Source: an uncultured Anaerolineales bacterium (GTDB lineage: Bacteria; Chloroflexota; Anaerolineae; CG2-30-64-16). From it: 63,159 nt of DNA. The translations under genes and the position numbers were made by a program. Location: assembly GCA_964387985.1 (NCBI GenBank), contig CAYLZG010000008.1, positions 1 through 63,159 on the forward strand, in the 5' to 3' direction. A model generated the notes under the pieces. It made no database searches, had not been told where the DNA came from, and saw only the letters and a list, made by a program, of their open reading frames with translations. Of the stretch, positions 28,801-37,041 are shown piece after piece; positions within the stretch are counted from its first letter, which is position 1, and every line of letters starts with the position of its first letter.

Positions 28801-31246
28801 TGTGGCCGAGATACTGGCCACGCAGATTCGCGGCCTGGGTGGCCGAGCGGTTCTGGTGAAAGCTATTAATAATCCGACCGATACGGTTCCGGGCGCGCAC
28901 TGCGTGGATCTGGATGACCCGTCACGCGTGGCGGAGTTCATCCAACGGTTGCGCGAGGAACACGGTCCAATCGGGGGCCTGGTGCACCTATTGCCCTTGC
29001 GGGAGCAGCAGGCCATGGCCAGCATGGACCTTGCTCTGTGGCGGGAGCAGGCACGGAGGCAGGTGAAGAGCCTGTTCTACCTTTCCCGCGCCGCAGCGAG
29101 CGATTTGAAGCAAGCAGGCAAGGGGGGCCCGGCCTGGCTCGTGGCCGTTTCGGCGATGGGTGGCAGCTTTGCGATGGACCCGACCGGCACACATCCATTT
29201 CTGCCACTCCAAGCTGGCCTGGCCGGACTCGTCAAGTCGCTGGCCCAGGAATGGCCCTCGGTACGCTGCAAAGCAATCGACGTAGATTTGAGGAATTCGC
29301 CAGCCAGTTTCACAGCATGGGTGCTGGCGGAGATGGTCGCAAACGACGGCATGGTCGAGGTAGGCTACGGTGCCGCAGGCCGCCAGACCTTACAGCCGGT
29401 AGCTACTCCGCTGGATGAAGCTGGAGCCCAATTCCTGAGCATCGAACAGGATTGGGTCATCCTGGTGACCGGGGGCGCACGCGGCATCACGGCCGAAGTG
29501 GTCTGCGAGCTCGCCGAGCATTACCAGCCAACTCTGCTGTTGGTGGGTTCCTCGCCACTGCCTGAGACCGAGGAATCGCCTCAGACCGCGGGGCTGACTT
29601 CTCCTCAGGAGCTCAAGCTGGCGCTGATGGCCCAGCTACGCCAAGCGGGCGAAGAGGTATCGCTGGCCAACGTGGAAACGGCATACGGACACCTCTTGAG
29701 GGCGCGCGAGATACGCCAAAATCTGGCACGTATTGAGCGGGCCGGAGCCAGAATCCGTTACTACCAGGTCGACGTGCGAGGCCAGGGTGCGCTGCGCACG
29801 TTGATCGCCGGGATCTACAGCGAGTACGGCCGGCTCGATGGCGTCATCCACGGGGCAGGGATCATCGAGGATAAACTCATCGAAGATAAGCTGCCTGAGT
29901 CATTCGATCGGGTGTTCGATACGAAGGCCGACAGCGCCTTTGCCTTGAGCCAGGCATTGCAGCCCGAGTCGCTCAGGTTCCTCGCCTTTTTCTCGTCAGC
30001 GGCCGGAGCATTCGGCAACCGCGGCCAGGCAGACTATGCGGCCACTAACGAAGTGGTCAACAAACTGGCCATGCTCCTTGACAGAAGTTGGCCAGGCCGC
30101 GTCGTCTCAATCAATTGGGGCCCATGGCTGAAGACCGGGATGGTCTCTAAGGAACTAGAGCAGCAGTTCGCGGCACGCGGCATCGAGCTAATCTCGCTGG
30201 CTGCCGGACGGAAGCTCTTTGAGCGCGAGCTGCGCCTGGGTCGAAAGGGTGAAGTGGAGGTCGTCCTGGCGGGCGGGACGTGGGGCGTTCCGTCACCAGA
30301 TGGAGTCACGTCGCACCGAGATGTGGGGGGAGGCAAGCTGGCCAAGGGATACGCGGCGCCGCTACTGGTGGGGGCTATCTTCTCCAGTGCCGAGATGGGC
30401 GCCGTCCGTGTGCTGCGGCAATTAGATCTGGCCCACGACCTCTACTTGAATGACCATCGGCTAGATGGGAAGCCTGTTTTCCCGTTCGCAATGGCGATGG
30501 AGTTAGTGTCGGAGGTGGCGCAGCATGGCTGGCCGGACCTGAAGGTCGGCTCATTGCGCGGGCTTCAGGTGCTGCGCGGTATCGTCTTGAGTAATGGCAA
30601 GCGGCCGATTGAGGTCTTCGCGAAAGCCGCGACTGCGCCGTCGCCCGACTGGAAGGGGATCGATGTCCACGTGGAAATCGCCGACCCCGACGAACCAGGC
30701 AAACCCTTCTACCGCGGGATCGTCGAGCTGGTAGACCGGCTGCCGCTTCCCCCGCAGCGGTCGCTCTCAAGGAACGGCCTGCAGCCGTTTCCCATGACCA
30801 TACCTGAGGCCTACGGTCGCTGGTTGTTCCATGGGCCGTTATTCCAGGGCATCGCGAATATACACGGCATTTCTCCAGAACTCATGGTGGCAACTTGTTT
30901 GCCATCGTCGCCAGGACGCTGTTTGACCGGAGAGACGGAGGGCACATGGTTGATCGATCCGGTTGTTTTCGATAGCGCCCTCCAGTTGATCATTCTCTGG
31001 ATGAGGACGTATCAAGATGCGACTCCCCTGCCATCCCGCTTCTCTAGATACAGAATCTTCGGACCGCCATCGGATGCTCCGGTTGAATGCTACCTGCGGG
31101 TCCCGGTGCAACCATTGAGCCCGGTCGTGTCGTTGGACATCGACTTTGTCGGCCGCGAGGGGCAACTGCTGGGCGTGCTTGAAGGCATGGAATGCCCTTC
31201 CAGCAAAGCCCTGAATCGACTCACCGGAGGCACAATCCGCTCCTGA
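22850..31246 (+). CDS. PUFA-synthase-like type I iterative PKS/FAS: NMO-like domain, NMO/PfaD-type ER, KS, AT, ACP, KR, DH
   Basis: 2798 aa. The first TIM-barrel NMO-like domain looks degenerate (KGHESTGW instead of GGH). The second is canonical (FQGPMTRVSD, ECGGH with His467 at 24248-24250). KS: DAACASS with Cys889 at 25514-25516, plus EAHGTGT and GHTKA. AT: GHSYGE with Ser1367 at 26948-26950. ACP: LGIDSIKRVEILG with Ser1852 at 28403-28405. KR: VTGGARGIT and QADYAATN. DH: H(2536)RLDGKPVFP. Confidence 0.95.
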   Translation: MRVFEFVVLTPSPLNDPSVAIAANRAGALGVLNLEFANDGVAARQAISELIRYTDKECGVRFDSSSTTFVKELLPAIPGQITVAILTCSDPKQWEDLVPVLHQHGLKIWLEVTNVSMAKYAEALDVDGLIAKGHESTGWIHEETTFILLQRIVASTVLPVLAYGGIGLHNVAACKVAGASGVVLDTQLALTRESSLPEPARETIAAMDGSETLCLGAEVGLQFRSYARPGSSVVQRLRALAVDLSQNGDMPENKQIAWHNALTAQVGWNSPDENLWPLGQDVAFAASLAQRYSTVGGVLEAMREALREHLDQAAASSPWAENTPLAKAHGCRYPIFQGPMTRVSDTAEFALRVAENGGLPFLALALMRGPDVETLLAETQRLLGDRPWGVGVLGFTPLALRQEQLQVIHKFRPACALIAGGRPDQAQELEASGIATYLHVPSPGLLRLYLQAGARRFIFEGLECGGHVGPRSSFVLWETAVEIISNEVPAADLKDCEVMFAGGIHDRVSAAMVATVAAPLAARGVCIGVLMGTAYLFTEEVVSSGAILQRFQQEALRCNTTVRLESGPGYETRCVSTPFVNTFNQEKLRLIREGKSPQDIREALEEFNVGRLRIAAKGIAHQSQPDHNSAGRKYVSVGEEVQHRDGLYMIGQVAALHNQPFSMAELHHEVAEESAALLRALADMESTPTTKAAQAPAQIAIVGMSAILPKAGDLQTYWENILNGVDGITEIPKERWDADLYYSTDRNARDKIYSRWGGFIDAVTFNPVEFGIPPNSLSSIDPMHLLALVATREALRDAGYQSRPFERSRTSVILGASGGTGDLGADYLLRSGLPLLFGDKGFDLAAGAGDALPEWTEDSFAGLLPNVSAGRIANRFDLGGVNFVVDAACASSLAAVHLAVRELVAGNSDIVITGGVDTAQNPFSYLCFSKTRALSPTGQPRVFDAEGDGIVISEGVAMLVLKRLADAERDGDRVYAVIQAVSGSSDGRAMGMTAPRPEGQMLALRRAYDDAGYDPTTVGLFEAHGTGTVVGDRTEAQSLARFLESHGAQPGRHAIGSVKSMIGHTKATAGVAGLAKVALSLYHKILPPTLRVSRPNPNVQFGKTPLYVNSEMRPWLRDLAGHPRRAGVSAFGFGGTNFHAAVEEYTGDFLAKKREAPSQQWSSELFLWRAASKQQLAEQLLVLMQGIDQGAQPRLLDLAYTLAKHAAEAPAPGQTLAIVAGSLPDLRQKLASAEIGLRQTGQDPIRLNAAQGIYFSDEPLARTGKVAFLFPGQGSQYVNMLRDLAVHFPEVRETFEQADQELAQRFPGRLSNIIFPPPAFTDQERQLQSDELTQTDRAQPSLGAAGAALLRLLETLGVKPEMVAGHSYGEYVALWAAEVIDFRTLATLSEARGRFIIEAAAGDLGTMAAVRAPADKIAPIIAAVDGVWVANLNAPTQTAISGTRDGIAEAVRRLEAAEITVRHLPVACGFHSPLVAPARDKLAEVLAQQQFKAAVVPVFSNTTAKPYPTEPEAIRALLSEHLVRPVRFADEIEAMYEAGARIFVEIGPRNVLSGLTALTLGDRPHLAIVTDFPGRAGLPSLLNALGQLAAQAVPVQLGRLFRGRGAHTLDLVRLAQNSGREKPSATTWLVDGARARPAGTPATAKGKPAIELPAASAAAPFAPPQPARNGQDPNPAMDQLIAPRLPASSTVERAASTGQPMTSAANENSADVMIQFQHLMSRFLETERNVMLAYLSGNGVAPQESQAKPETAQTAAPLSAVQAQATALPAPVTRGAESSMPVATERALTEQATTEPPASEPVAVSNSAAAPLAFDREGLSQHLLKIVSERTGYPPDMLDLDVDIEAKLGIDSIKRVEILGALRRSYLPADRQSDPEAMERLTGIKTLGGIIDWFERALQKSIVQASQDKEVFQGPLSPSETSRRLDASEYLSTESNKLGQAKKIAAGTTVPRSLVAIHPIPPVGSTTEVFPADRCIVITVDGFGVAEILATQIRGLGGRAVLVKAINNPTDTVPGAHCVDLDDPSRVAEFIQRLREEHGPIGGLVHLLPLREQQAMASMDLALWREQARRQVKSLFYLSRAAASDLKQAGKGGPAWLVAVSAMGGSFAMDPTGTHPFLPLQAGLAGLVKSLAQEWPSVRCKAIDVDLRNSPASFTAWVLAEMVANDGMVEVGYGAAGRQTLQPVATPLDEAGAQFLSIEQDWVILVTGGARGITAEVVCELAEHYQPTLLLVGSSPLPETEESPQTAGLTSPQELKLALMAQLRQAGEEVSLANVETAYGHLLRAREIRQNLARIERAGARIRYYQVDVRGQGALRTLIAGIYSEYGRLDGVIHGAGIIEDKLIEDKLPESFDRVFDTKADSAFALSQALQPESLRFLAFFSSAAGAFGNRGQADYAATNEVVNKLAMLLDRSWPGRVVSINWGPWLKTGMVSKELEQQFAARGIELISLAAGRKLFERELRLGRKGEVEVVLAGGTWGVPSPDGVTSHRDVGGGKLAKGYAAPLLVGAIFSSAEMGAVRVLRQLDLAHDLYLNDHRLDGKPVFPFAMAMELVSEVAQHGWPDLKVGSLRGLQVLRGIVLSNGKRPIEVFAKAATAPSPDWKGIDVHVEIADPDEPGKPFYRGIVELVDRLPLPPQRSLSRNGLQPFPMTIPEAYGRWLFHGPLFQGIANIHGISPELMVATCLPSSPGRCLTGETEGTWLIDPVVFDSALQLIILWMRTYQDATPLPSRFSRYRIFGPPSDAPVECYLRVPVQPLSPVVSLDIDFVGREGQLLGVLEGMECPSSKALNRLTGGTIRS

Positions 31247-31288
31247 CATACGAATGGCCGGCACTCAGATCACTGTGTCTCGATTTGG

Positions 31289-34200
31289 TTGGAGGATCGA
31301 GTGAGCGTGTTACGGATCAACCACACAAAAGATGAACAGCAGACAGGCGGCGACATCGCGATTATCGGCATGGCGTGTCTGTTTCCGGGCGCCCCTGACC
31401 TTGATACTTACTGGCAAAACATCATCTCGAAGGTGGATGCTGTCACCGATCCGCCGCCAGAATCCTGGGATCCGGCCGTGTTCTATGACCCTGAGTCAGA
31501 CTCAAATGACCGCGTCTACTGCAAACGCGGAGGTTTTATCAGTCCGCTTGCGTACTTCAATCCGGCAAAGCACGGCATCATGCCGAAGGCGGTAGAAGGT
31601 GGGGAGCCCGACCAGTGGCTGGCATTACAGGTCGCTCGCGCTGCCTTTGACGATGCTGGCTACGGCGATGAAATCCCCGAGCACAAGCACACGGCCGTTG
31701 TCATTGGCAAGGGCACGTATCTCAACCGGGGCAACCTTAGCGCGGCGCAACATGGGATCGTCACCGATCAGACGCTGGACATCCTGAAAACCCTGCATCC
31801 CGAGCTGACTGCCGAGGATCTCAAGGCGATTCGTCGTGAACTGAAGCAGCACTTGCCCCCATTCAACGCCGATACAGCCTCGGGGCTGATTCCTAATGTT
31901 CTGGCAGGGCGAATTGCCAACCGGCTAGACCTCATGGGCCCGAGCTACACAGTAGACGCTGCCTGTGCCTCATCTTTGATCGCCGTAGACATCGCCATGC
32001 GCGACCTGCAAACCGGCCGGTGTGATTTGGCCCTGGTTGGCGGCTCTCATGTTGTCACGCCGGTGCCGGTGCTCATGCTCTTCTGCCAGCTCGGTGCATT
32101 GTCGCGGCGGCAGGAGATCCGACCCTTCGACAAGAAGGCGGATGGTACAATCCTCGGCGAAGGTGTCGGCATGGTGGTGCTGAAGCGACGCGCCGATGCC
32201 GAGCGCGATGGGAACCGCATCTATGCGTTCATCAAGGGTGTAGGCACTGCCAGTGATGGCCGTGGTTTGAGCGTAATGGCTCCGCGCCTCGAAGGCGAGG
32301 TTGAGGCTATCGCCCGCGCGTATCGCAGCGCAGGCGTATCGCCCAACACGATAGGATTGATCGAAGCACACGGGACGGCGACATCGGTTGGAGACACCGC
32401 GGAAGTCAGGGCGCTAGCCCAGGTGTTTGGAGAGGAAGCCCGCACTTCGCGACGGATCGGCCTGGGCTCCGTCAAGTCGATGATCAGTCACCTGATGCCT
32501 GCCGCCGGCATTGCGGCGTTGATCAAGACTGCCCTCGCCCTCTACCACAGAGTACTACCTCCGACGCTCCATGTGGACGAACCTAACCCCGAGCTTCACC
32601 TGGAGAAGACACCCTTTTACATCAATACCGAGACCCGTCCGTGGATTCATGGTTCACAGGAGTCCCTCCGGCGAGCCGCCGTCAGTGCGTTCGGCTTTGG
32701 GGGGATCAATGCGCATGTGGTCTTAGAGGAAGCCGACCTTGCTGACGCGGCCGGTTTCCGCAGTCGCCAGTTGTCCTGGGATACCGAGGTTCTCCTTCTA
32801 TACGGCTCGTCCCGTGAGGACATTCTCGAGCAGGTAAGGGCGCTGGCTATGTTCCTTGAGAGAGCACCCGGTGTTGTCCTGCGCGACCTGGCCTATACAC
32901 TGAATACCACCCGTGCTAACGCTCCCGGGTCAACGTGCCTTGCTATTGTCGCATCGAGCATCCCCGAAGTGCAGGACAAGCTGGACCGGGCGCTGAAGAA
33001 ACTCTCTGATCCCCAGGTCGGTCAGATCAAGACGCGAGATGGAGTTTACTGGACCGCGCAACCTCTGAATTCGCCAGGGGCCGTCGCCTTCCTGTTCCCC
33101 GGAGAGGGCAGCCAGTACGTGAACATGCTGGCGGACCTCTGTATCCACTTCCCTGAGGTACGTGCTCAGTTCGATTTGATCGATCGTATATTTGCCGGAC
33201 ATGCTCGCAACTTCGTGCCCAGCGACTACCTTTTCCCGCCACCTGCTTTCGCTTCAGAAGCTCAGAACGCTGATGAGACGCGTATCTGGCAGATGGAATG
33301 TGCGGTCGAAGCCGTGCTGACTGCCAACCGAGCGCTGACTTTCTTACTTGACCGTTTGCATGTTCGGCCTTCAGCGGTCGTCGGGCACAGTACGGGAGAG
33401 TACTCAGCCATGCTGGCCTCCGGTATGATCCGGGCCGACGATGAGTCTACTTTACGCGAATTTGCGCTGGGCCTGAACAACTTACATCAGGAGTCGGCCG
33501 GAGATAGCGGTATCCCCGCCGCAGCGCTGCTGGCTGTTGCCGGTGATTCAGGGCATGTCGCTGCCACCATTGCAGAAGGCGAAGAACAGCTCTTCATCGC
33601 AATGGCCAACTGCCCGCACCAAACCGTCATTGCGGGGCCTGAGGCGGCGATCGCGAGAGCTGCCGAGAAGTTGCATGCTGCCGGACTTATCACAGAACGG
33701 TTGCCGTTCGACAGACCGTATCACACACCGCAATTCGAGGGAGCGGCTAAACGGCTCGAACCATTCTTTGCACGTTGGTTGGTTGCAGGTCGGGATATCG
33801 TTACCTATTCATGTACGACTGCGGCGCCTTTCCCAACTGACCTGGTCCAGGCGAGGCAGATCGCAGTCGATCATTGGCTACGTCCGGTTGCATTCTCGCA
33901 GACCATTGAAGCCATGTACGCCGATGGCGTGCGCATATTCATCGAGGTGGGATCGAAGGGCAATCTAAGTGCATTTGTGGATGACATTCTTCGCGGTCGC
34001 CCTCATGTGGCCGTTCCCGCCGACGTGATCCACCGTTCAGGAATCACGCAGTTGAACCACCTGGTGGCTCTGCTGGCAATTCATGCTGTGCCCATGCAGC
34101 TGGACTACCTTTATCGTCACCGTACCCCTGTCAAGCTGGACCTGGAGCGGCCGGAAGACCCGTATCATGCCGGCCCGACGCAGGGCGTTGGGATGAAACT

Positions 34201-36739
34201 TCCTACCGGCTGGCCTGCCATGCATCTGTCGGAGACTTCCGCCCAGCAACTCCTTGCGCGCCCAGAAGCCGGACCATTGACTAGTGCACCGGATTCATCC
34301 AGCGCCGTATCGATGCCTGTGCCCGAGTGGTCGGCGCCAATCCCGGCGACCAGGACCTTCCCGCGCACGCTCTCCAGCGAGCCTGCACCTGTGGCCGCAG
34401 AACAGGTGTTGAGCGCCCACTTTAGTACGATGGAGCGATTCCTGACGACACAGCAAGACGTCATGCAAGCATACCTGGCACAAAGCTCGCCTGGGAACGA
34501 CCCGCCAACCGTGGGCAGCACTCGACCGGATGACGAACAGCTGGTGTCCTCACCAGCTGCCTCGTCCACAGATGATTGCCCTCTTCCGCAGGCAACTGCC
34601 CCCCTGGCCGCTGATCAGTCGCAACGCTCAGATGGCATCAACTCACCGCCAGGAAGTGCACTCAGCGCTGATGCCGCGTCTGCGATCCTGGTACGGCTGG
34701 TTAGTGAGCGTACGGGATACCCCGCCGAGATGCTGGAGCTGAATCTGGATCTGGAGGCCAACCTGGGTATAGACTCTATCAAGCGCGTGGAGATTCTTGG
34801 AGCGTTCCGAAAAGAGATCGGCTTGGGTCAACCGTCTGATATGGAAGCTCTGGCCTCAGCCAAAACGCTGCAGGCGATCATCAATCTGCTGTCGTCTTCC
34901 GAGGCAGGTTCGCATGACCACGTACCGGCGGTTGTCTCACCTCCGACGGTCAGTAAAGCATTGCATCCAGGCATATCCGTATTGTCCGCACCGGTCGATC
35001 CGGGCTGGCCGGCTTCGCTGCCGTTGCTCGGACGTGTGATCGCATATCGACCAGGCAAAGAACTGACGGCTCGCTATGAGATCAACCCCGAAGAACACCG
35101 GTTTCTGCTCGACCACACGCTCGGCAGGCATGTATCGGTGGAAGATCCGGAACTCCGCGGCCTGCCTGTGATGCCTCTCACCATGAGCATGGAACTGCTG
35201 GCAGAGACGGCCGCGGCGTTGGCGCCCGGCCTTCTCCTGACCGGCATGCGCGACGTGCGGGCAACCCGTTGGATTATTGTTGACAGGGAACCCCTGACTC
35301 TGGAGCTTATCGCCACCCGAGAAGAGGGCGGTCCAGAAGAGCGCGTCCATGTACAGCTATATGAGGCGAGCGCAGGCAACGGTAGCGAGCGAACGATGCC
35401 CATTGTCGAAGGGACAATGCTCTACGCCGGAAGCTATCCGGCTCCTCCGGCACTCGCGCCCTTTGCGCCTCAGGACGCGCAACCTTCAAAGTGGACCTCT
35501 GACCAGTTGTACTCGGAAGTCATGTTTCACGGCCCGACGTTCCGTGGCGTTGTCTCGATAGATCGGACCGGCTCGGATGGCACGATAGCAACGCTGCTGG
35601 TCCTCCACAAACAGGGGCTGCTTCGGTCCCTGCCGCAGCCCGCGCTGATAATCGATCCCGTGCTGCTCGACCAGCCTGGCCAAGTCGTTGGCTTCTGGAC
35701 AGCTGAACATCTTGACACCGGACGCGTGATATTTCCCTTTCACTTGCGGGCGCTTCACTTCTACGCGGCGATGCCGGAGGCGGGCCGGCGTCTGGAATGC
35801 CGAGCGCGTATTGATCTGATCGGTGACCTGCAGGTGCGATCAGACCTGGATGTGGTGGACCCGGATCGCGGTTTGTTGCTTCGGTTTGAGCATTGGGAGG
35901 ATCGGCGTTTTGAGCTGCCAGGCGCATTCTTCCGCTTCTTGATGTCGCCGCGAGATGTGATGTTGAGCCAACCCTGGCTTAGCGGAGAGCAACTACAAGC
36001 GGATCCCGGGCACCAGTTGTACCGGGTTGATCTGGACGCATTTGCGGAGGATTTCTTCACCTCATCCGGCGGCATCTGGCAACAGATGCTCGCAGGACTG
36101 ATTCTGAGCCGTCGCGAGAGAGTGCTCTGGCACAGTCTGACCAAGCCTGAACGGCAGCGCGTCGAATGGCTGTTGGGCCGCCTGGCAGCCAAGGACGCCG
36201 TGCGCTCCTCAGTTAAGGAACGCCATGGTTTGGTGTTGGCACCGGCAGATATCGAGATCCTGCCGGATAACGCGGGACGCCCGGTTGTGGCCGGTAACTG
36301 GCTCCAGCGGCTTGGGGTTCAATACCAAGTTTCAATCGCACACACGGCACGCGTGGCAATCGCTGGGGCTTCTGATTCTGTTGCAGGGATTGGGGTGGAT
36401 GTCGAGCATGCCGAGCACATGCGGGCAGAAGTGAGTGCAGTCGCGTTCACATCCTATGAGCAGGCTCTGCTGCACAGGGAAGGACTGCCCAGCGAGGAAC
36501 TGTGGCCCTTGCGACTCTGGTGTGCCAAAGAAGCGGCAGCGAAAGCGGTCGGATATGGAATGCAGGGCGGGCCGCAGAGCCTGGAAGCCAAAGAGCTGGA
36601 CCCAGCATGTGGGGTGGTTGAGATCGCGCTGACAGGAGCGCTGCTCAGAATGGTACCGCAGGCAAGCGGCAGCATCCTGAGCGTGGGCACTGCGCGACAG
36701 GGAGAGTTCATAGCGGCACTATCCGTCCTCCACTCATAA
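31289..36739 (+). CDS. second PKS subunit: KS, AT, ACP, DH and a C-terminal Sfp-type phosphopantetheinyl transferase
   Basis: 1816 aa in the longest frame; the likely real start is the GTG at 31301 or 31307, after GGAGGA. KS: DAACASS with Cys226 at 31964-31966, plus EAHGTAT. AT: GHSTGEY with Ser701 at 33389-33391. ACP: LGIDSIKRVEILG with Ser1163 at 34775-34777. DH: LLDHTLGRHV...PVMPLTMSMELLAE. PPTase: GIGVDVEHAE ... WCAKEAAAKA. I found no KR Rossmann motif. Confidence 0.9.
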   Translation: MEDRVSVLRINHTKDEQQTGGDIAIIGMACLFPGAPDLDTYWQNIISKVDAVTDPPPESWDPAVFYDPESDSNDRVYCKRGGFISPLAYFNPAKHGIMPKAVEGGEPDQWLALQVARAAFDDAGYGDEIPEHKHTAVVIGKGTYLNRGNLSAAQHGIVTDQTLDILKTLHPELTAEDLKAIRRELKQHLPPFNADTASGLIPNVLAGRIANRLDLMGPSYTVDAACASSLIAVDIAMRDLQTGRCDLALVGGSHVVTPVPVLMLFCQLGALSRRQEIRPFDKKADGTILGEGVGMVVLKRRADAERDGNRIYAFIKGVGTASDGRGLSVMAPRLEGEVEAIARAYRSAGVSPNTIGLIEAHGTATSVGDTAEVRALAQVFGEEARTSRRIGLGSVKSMISHLMPAAGIAALIKTALALYHRVLPPTLHVDEPNPELHLEKTPFYINTETRPWIHGSQESLRRAAVSAFGFGGINAHVVLEEADLADAAGFRSRQLSWDTEVLLLYGSSREDILEQVRALAMFLERAPGVVLRDLAYTLNTTRANAPGSTCLAIVASSIPEVQDKLDRALKKLSDPQVGQIKTRDGVYWTAQPLNSPGAVAFLFPGEGSQYVNMLADLCIHFPEVRAQFDLIDRIFAGHARNFVPSDYLFPPPAFASEAQNADETRIWQMECAVEAVLTANRALTFLLDRLHVRPSAVVGHSTGEYSAMLASGMIRADDESTLREFALGLNNLHQESAGDSGIPAAALLAVAGDSGHVAATIAEGEEQLFIAMANCPHQTVIAGPEAAIARAAEKLHAAGLITERLPFDRPYHTPQFEGAAKRLEPFFARWLVAGRDIVTYSCTTAAPFPTDLVQARQIAVDHWLRPVAFSQTIEAMYADGVRIFIEVGSKGNLSAFVDDILRGRPHVAVPADVIHRSGITQLNHLVALLAIHAVPMQLDYLYRHRTPVKLDLERPEDPYHAGPTQGVGMKLPTGWPAMHLSETSAQQLLARPEAGPLTSAPDSSSAVSMPVPEWSAPIPATRTFPRTLSSEPAPVAAEQVLSAHFSTMERFLTTQQDVMQAYLAQSSPGNDPPTVGSTRPDDEQLVSSPAASSTDDCPLPQATAPLAADQSQRSDGINSPPGSALSADAASAILVRLVSERTGYPAEMLELNLDLEANLGIDSIKRVEILGAFRKEIGLGQPSDMEALASAKTLQAIINLLSSSEAGSHDHVPAVVSPPTVSKALHPGISVLSAPVDPGWPASLPLLGRVIAYRPGKELTARYEINPEEHRFLLDHTLGRHVSVEDPELRGLPVMPLTMSMELLAETAAALAPGLLLTGMRDVRATRWIIVDREPLTLELIATREEGGPEERVHVQLYEASAGNGSERTMPIVEGTMLYAGSYPAPPALAPFAPQDAQPSKWTSDQLYSEVMFHGPTFRGVVSIDRTGSDGTIATLLVLHKQGLLRSLPQPALIIDPVLLDQPGQVVGFWTAEHLDTGRVIFPFHLRALHFYAAMPEAGRRLECRARIDLIGDLQVRSDLDVVDPDRGLLLRFEHWEDRRFELPGAFFRFLMSPRDVMLSQPWLSGEQLQADPGHQLYRVDLDAFAEDFFTSSGGIWQQMLAGLILSRRERVLWHSLTKPERQRVEWLLGRLAAKDAVRSSVKERHGLVLAPADIEILPDNAGRPVVAGNWLQRLGVQYQVSIAHTARVAIAGASDSVAGIGVDVEHAEHMRAEVSAVAFTSYEQALLHREGLPSEELWPLRLWCAKEAAAKAVGYGMQGGPQSLEAKELDPACGVVEIALTGALLRMVPQASGSILSVGTARQGEFIAALSVLHS

Positions 36740-36762
36740 AGCATTATCGCGAAAGGTAACCT

Positions 36763-37041
36763 ATGAAGCGCAGCTATGAAGAAGTCCGATCAGATATCGT
36801 GCTGTTGTTGAGGCGGCTGGCTGATGATTGGGAGTACGATGGTGAGATTACCGAGGACACGCGTATGTTGGCCGATCTCGGATTTGAGTCGCTGGATGTG
36901 GTAGTTCTAGGTTCTGTAATTCAGGAACACTATGACCAAGTGCTGCCCTTCCCCGAGTTTTTCGCAGAAATTGGGCAGCGAGCCGTCGGTGACGTTACCG
37001 TTGGTGAATGGGTAACCTTTGTCTGCGAGCATCTATCATGA
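36763..37041 (+). CDS. stand-alone acyl carrier protein
   Basis: 92 aa, acidic, four-helix-sized. The attachment motif is DLGFES(43)LDVV, with the Ser at 36889-36891. Its stop overlaps the next start (ATGA at 37038-37041). Confidence 0.8.
   Translation: MKRSYEEVRSDIVLLLRRLADDWEYDGEITEDTRMLADLGFESLDVVVLGSVIQEHYDQVLPFPEFFAEIGQRAVGDVTVGEWVTFVCEHLS

Noticed and set aside
31289-36739. An enediyne PKSE, based on the C-terminal PPTase domain.
   Set aside because: Subunit 2 has no recognisable KR. No PKSE-associated thioesterase or conserved enediyne cassette genes are adjacent. The context is lipid-like (ER, GT, sulfotransferase, lipid-type exporters).
22850-36739. A canonical EPA/DHA-type pfa PUFA synthase.
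   Set aside because: There are no tandem ACP arrays, no KS-CLF pair (both KS domains retain the active Cys), no FabA-type DH didomains and no AGPAT domain. The ER is fused N-terminally rather than encoded separately.
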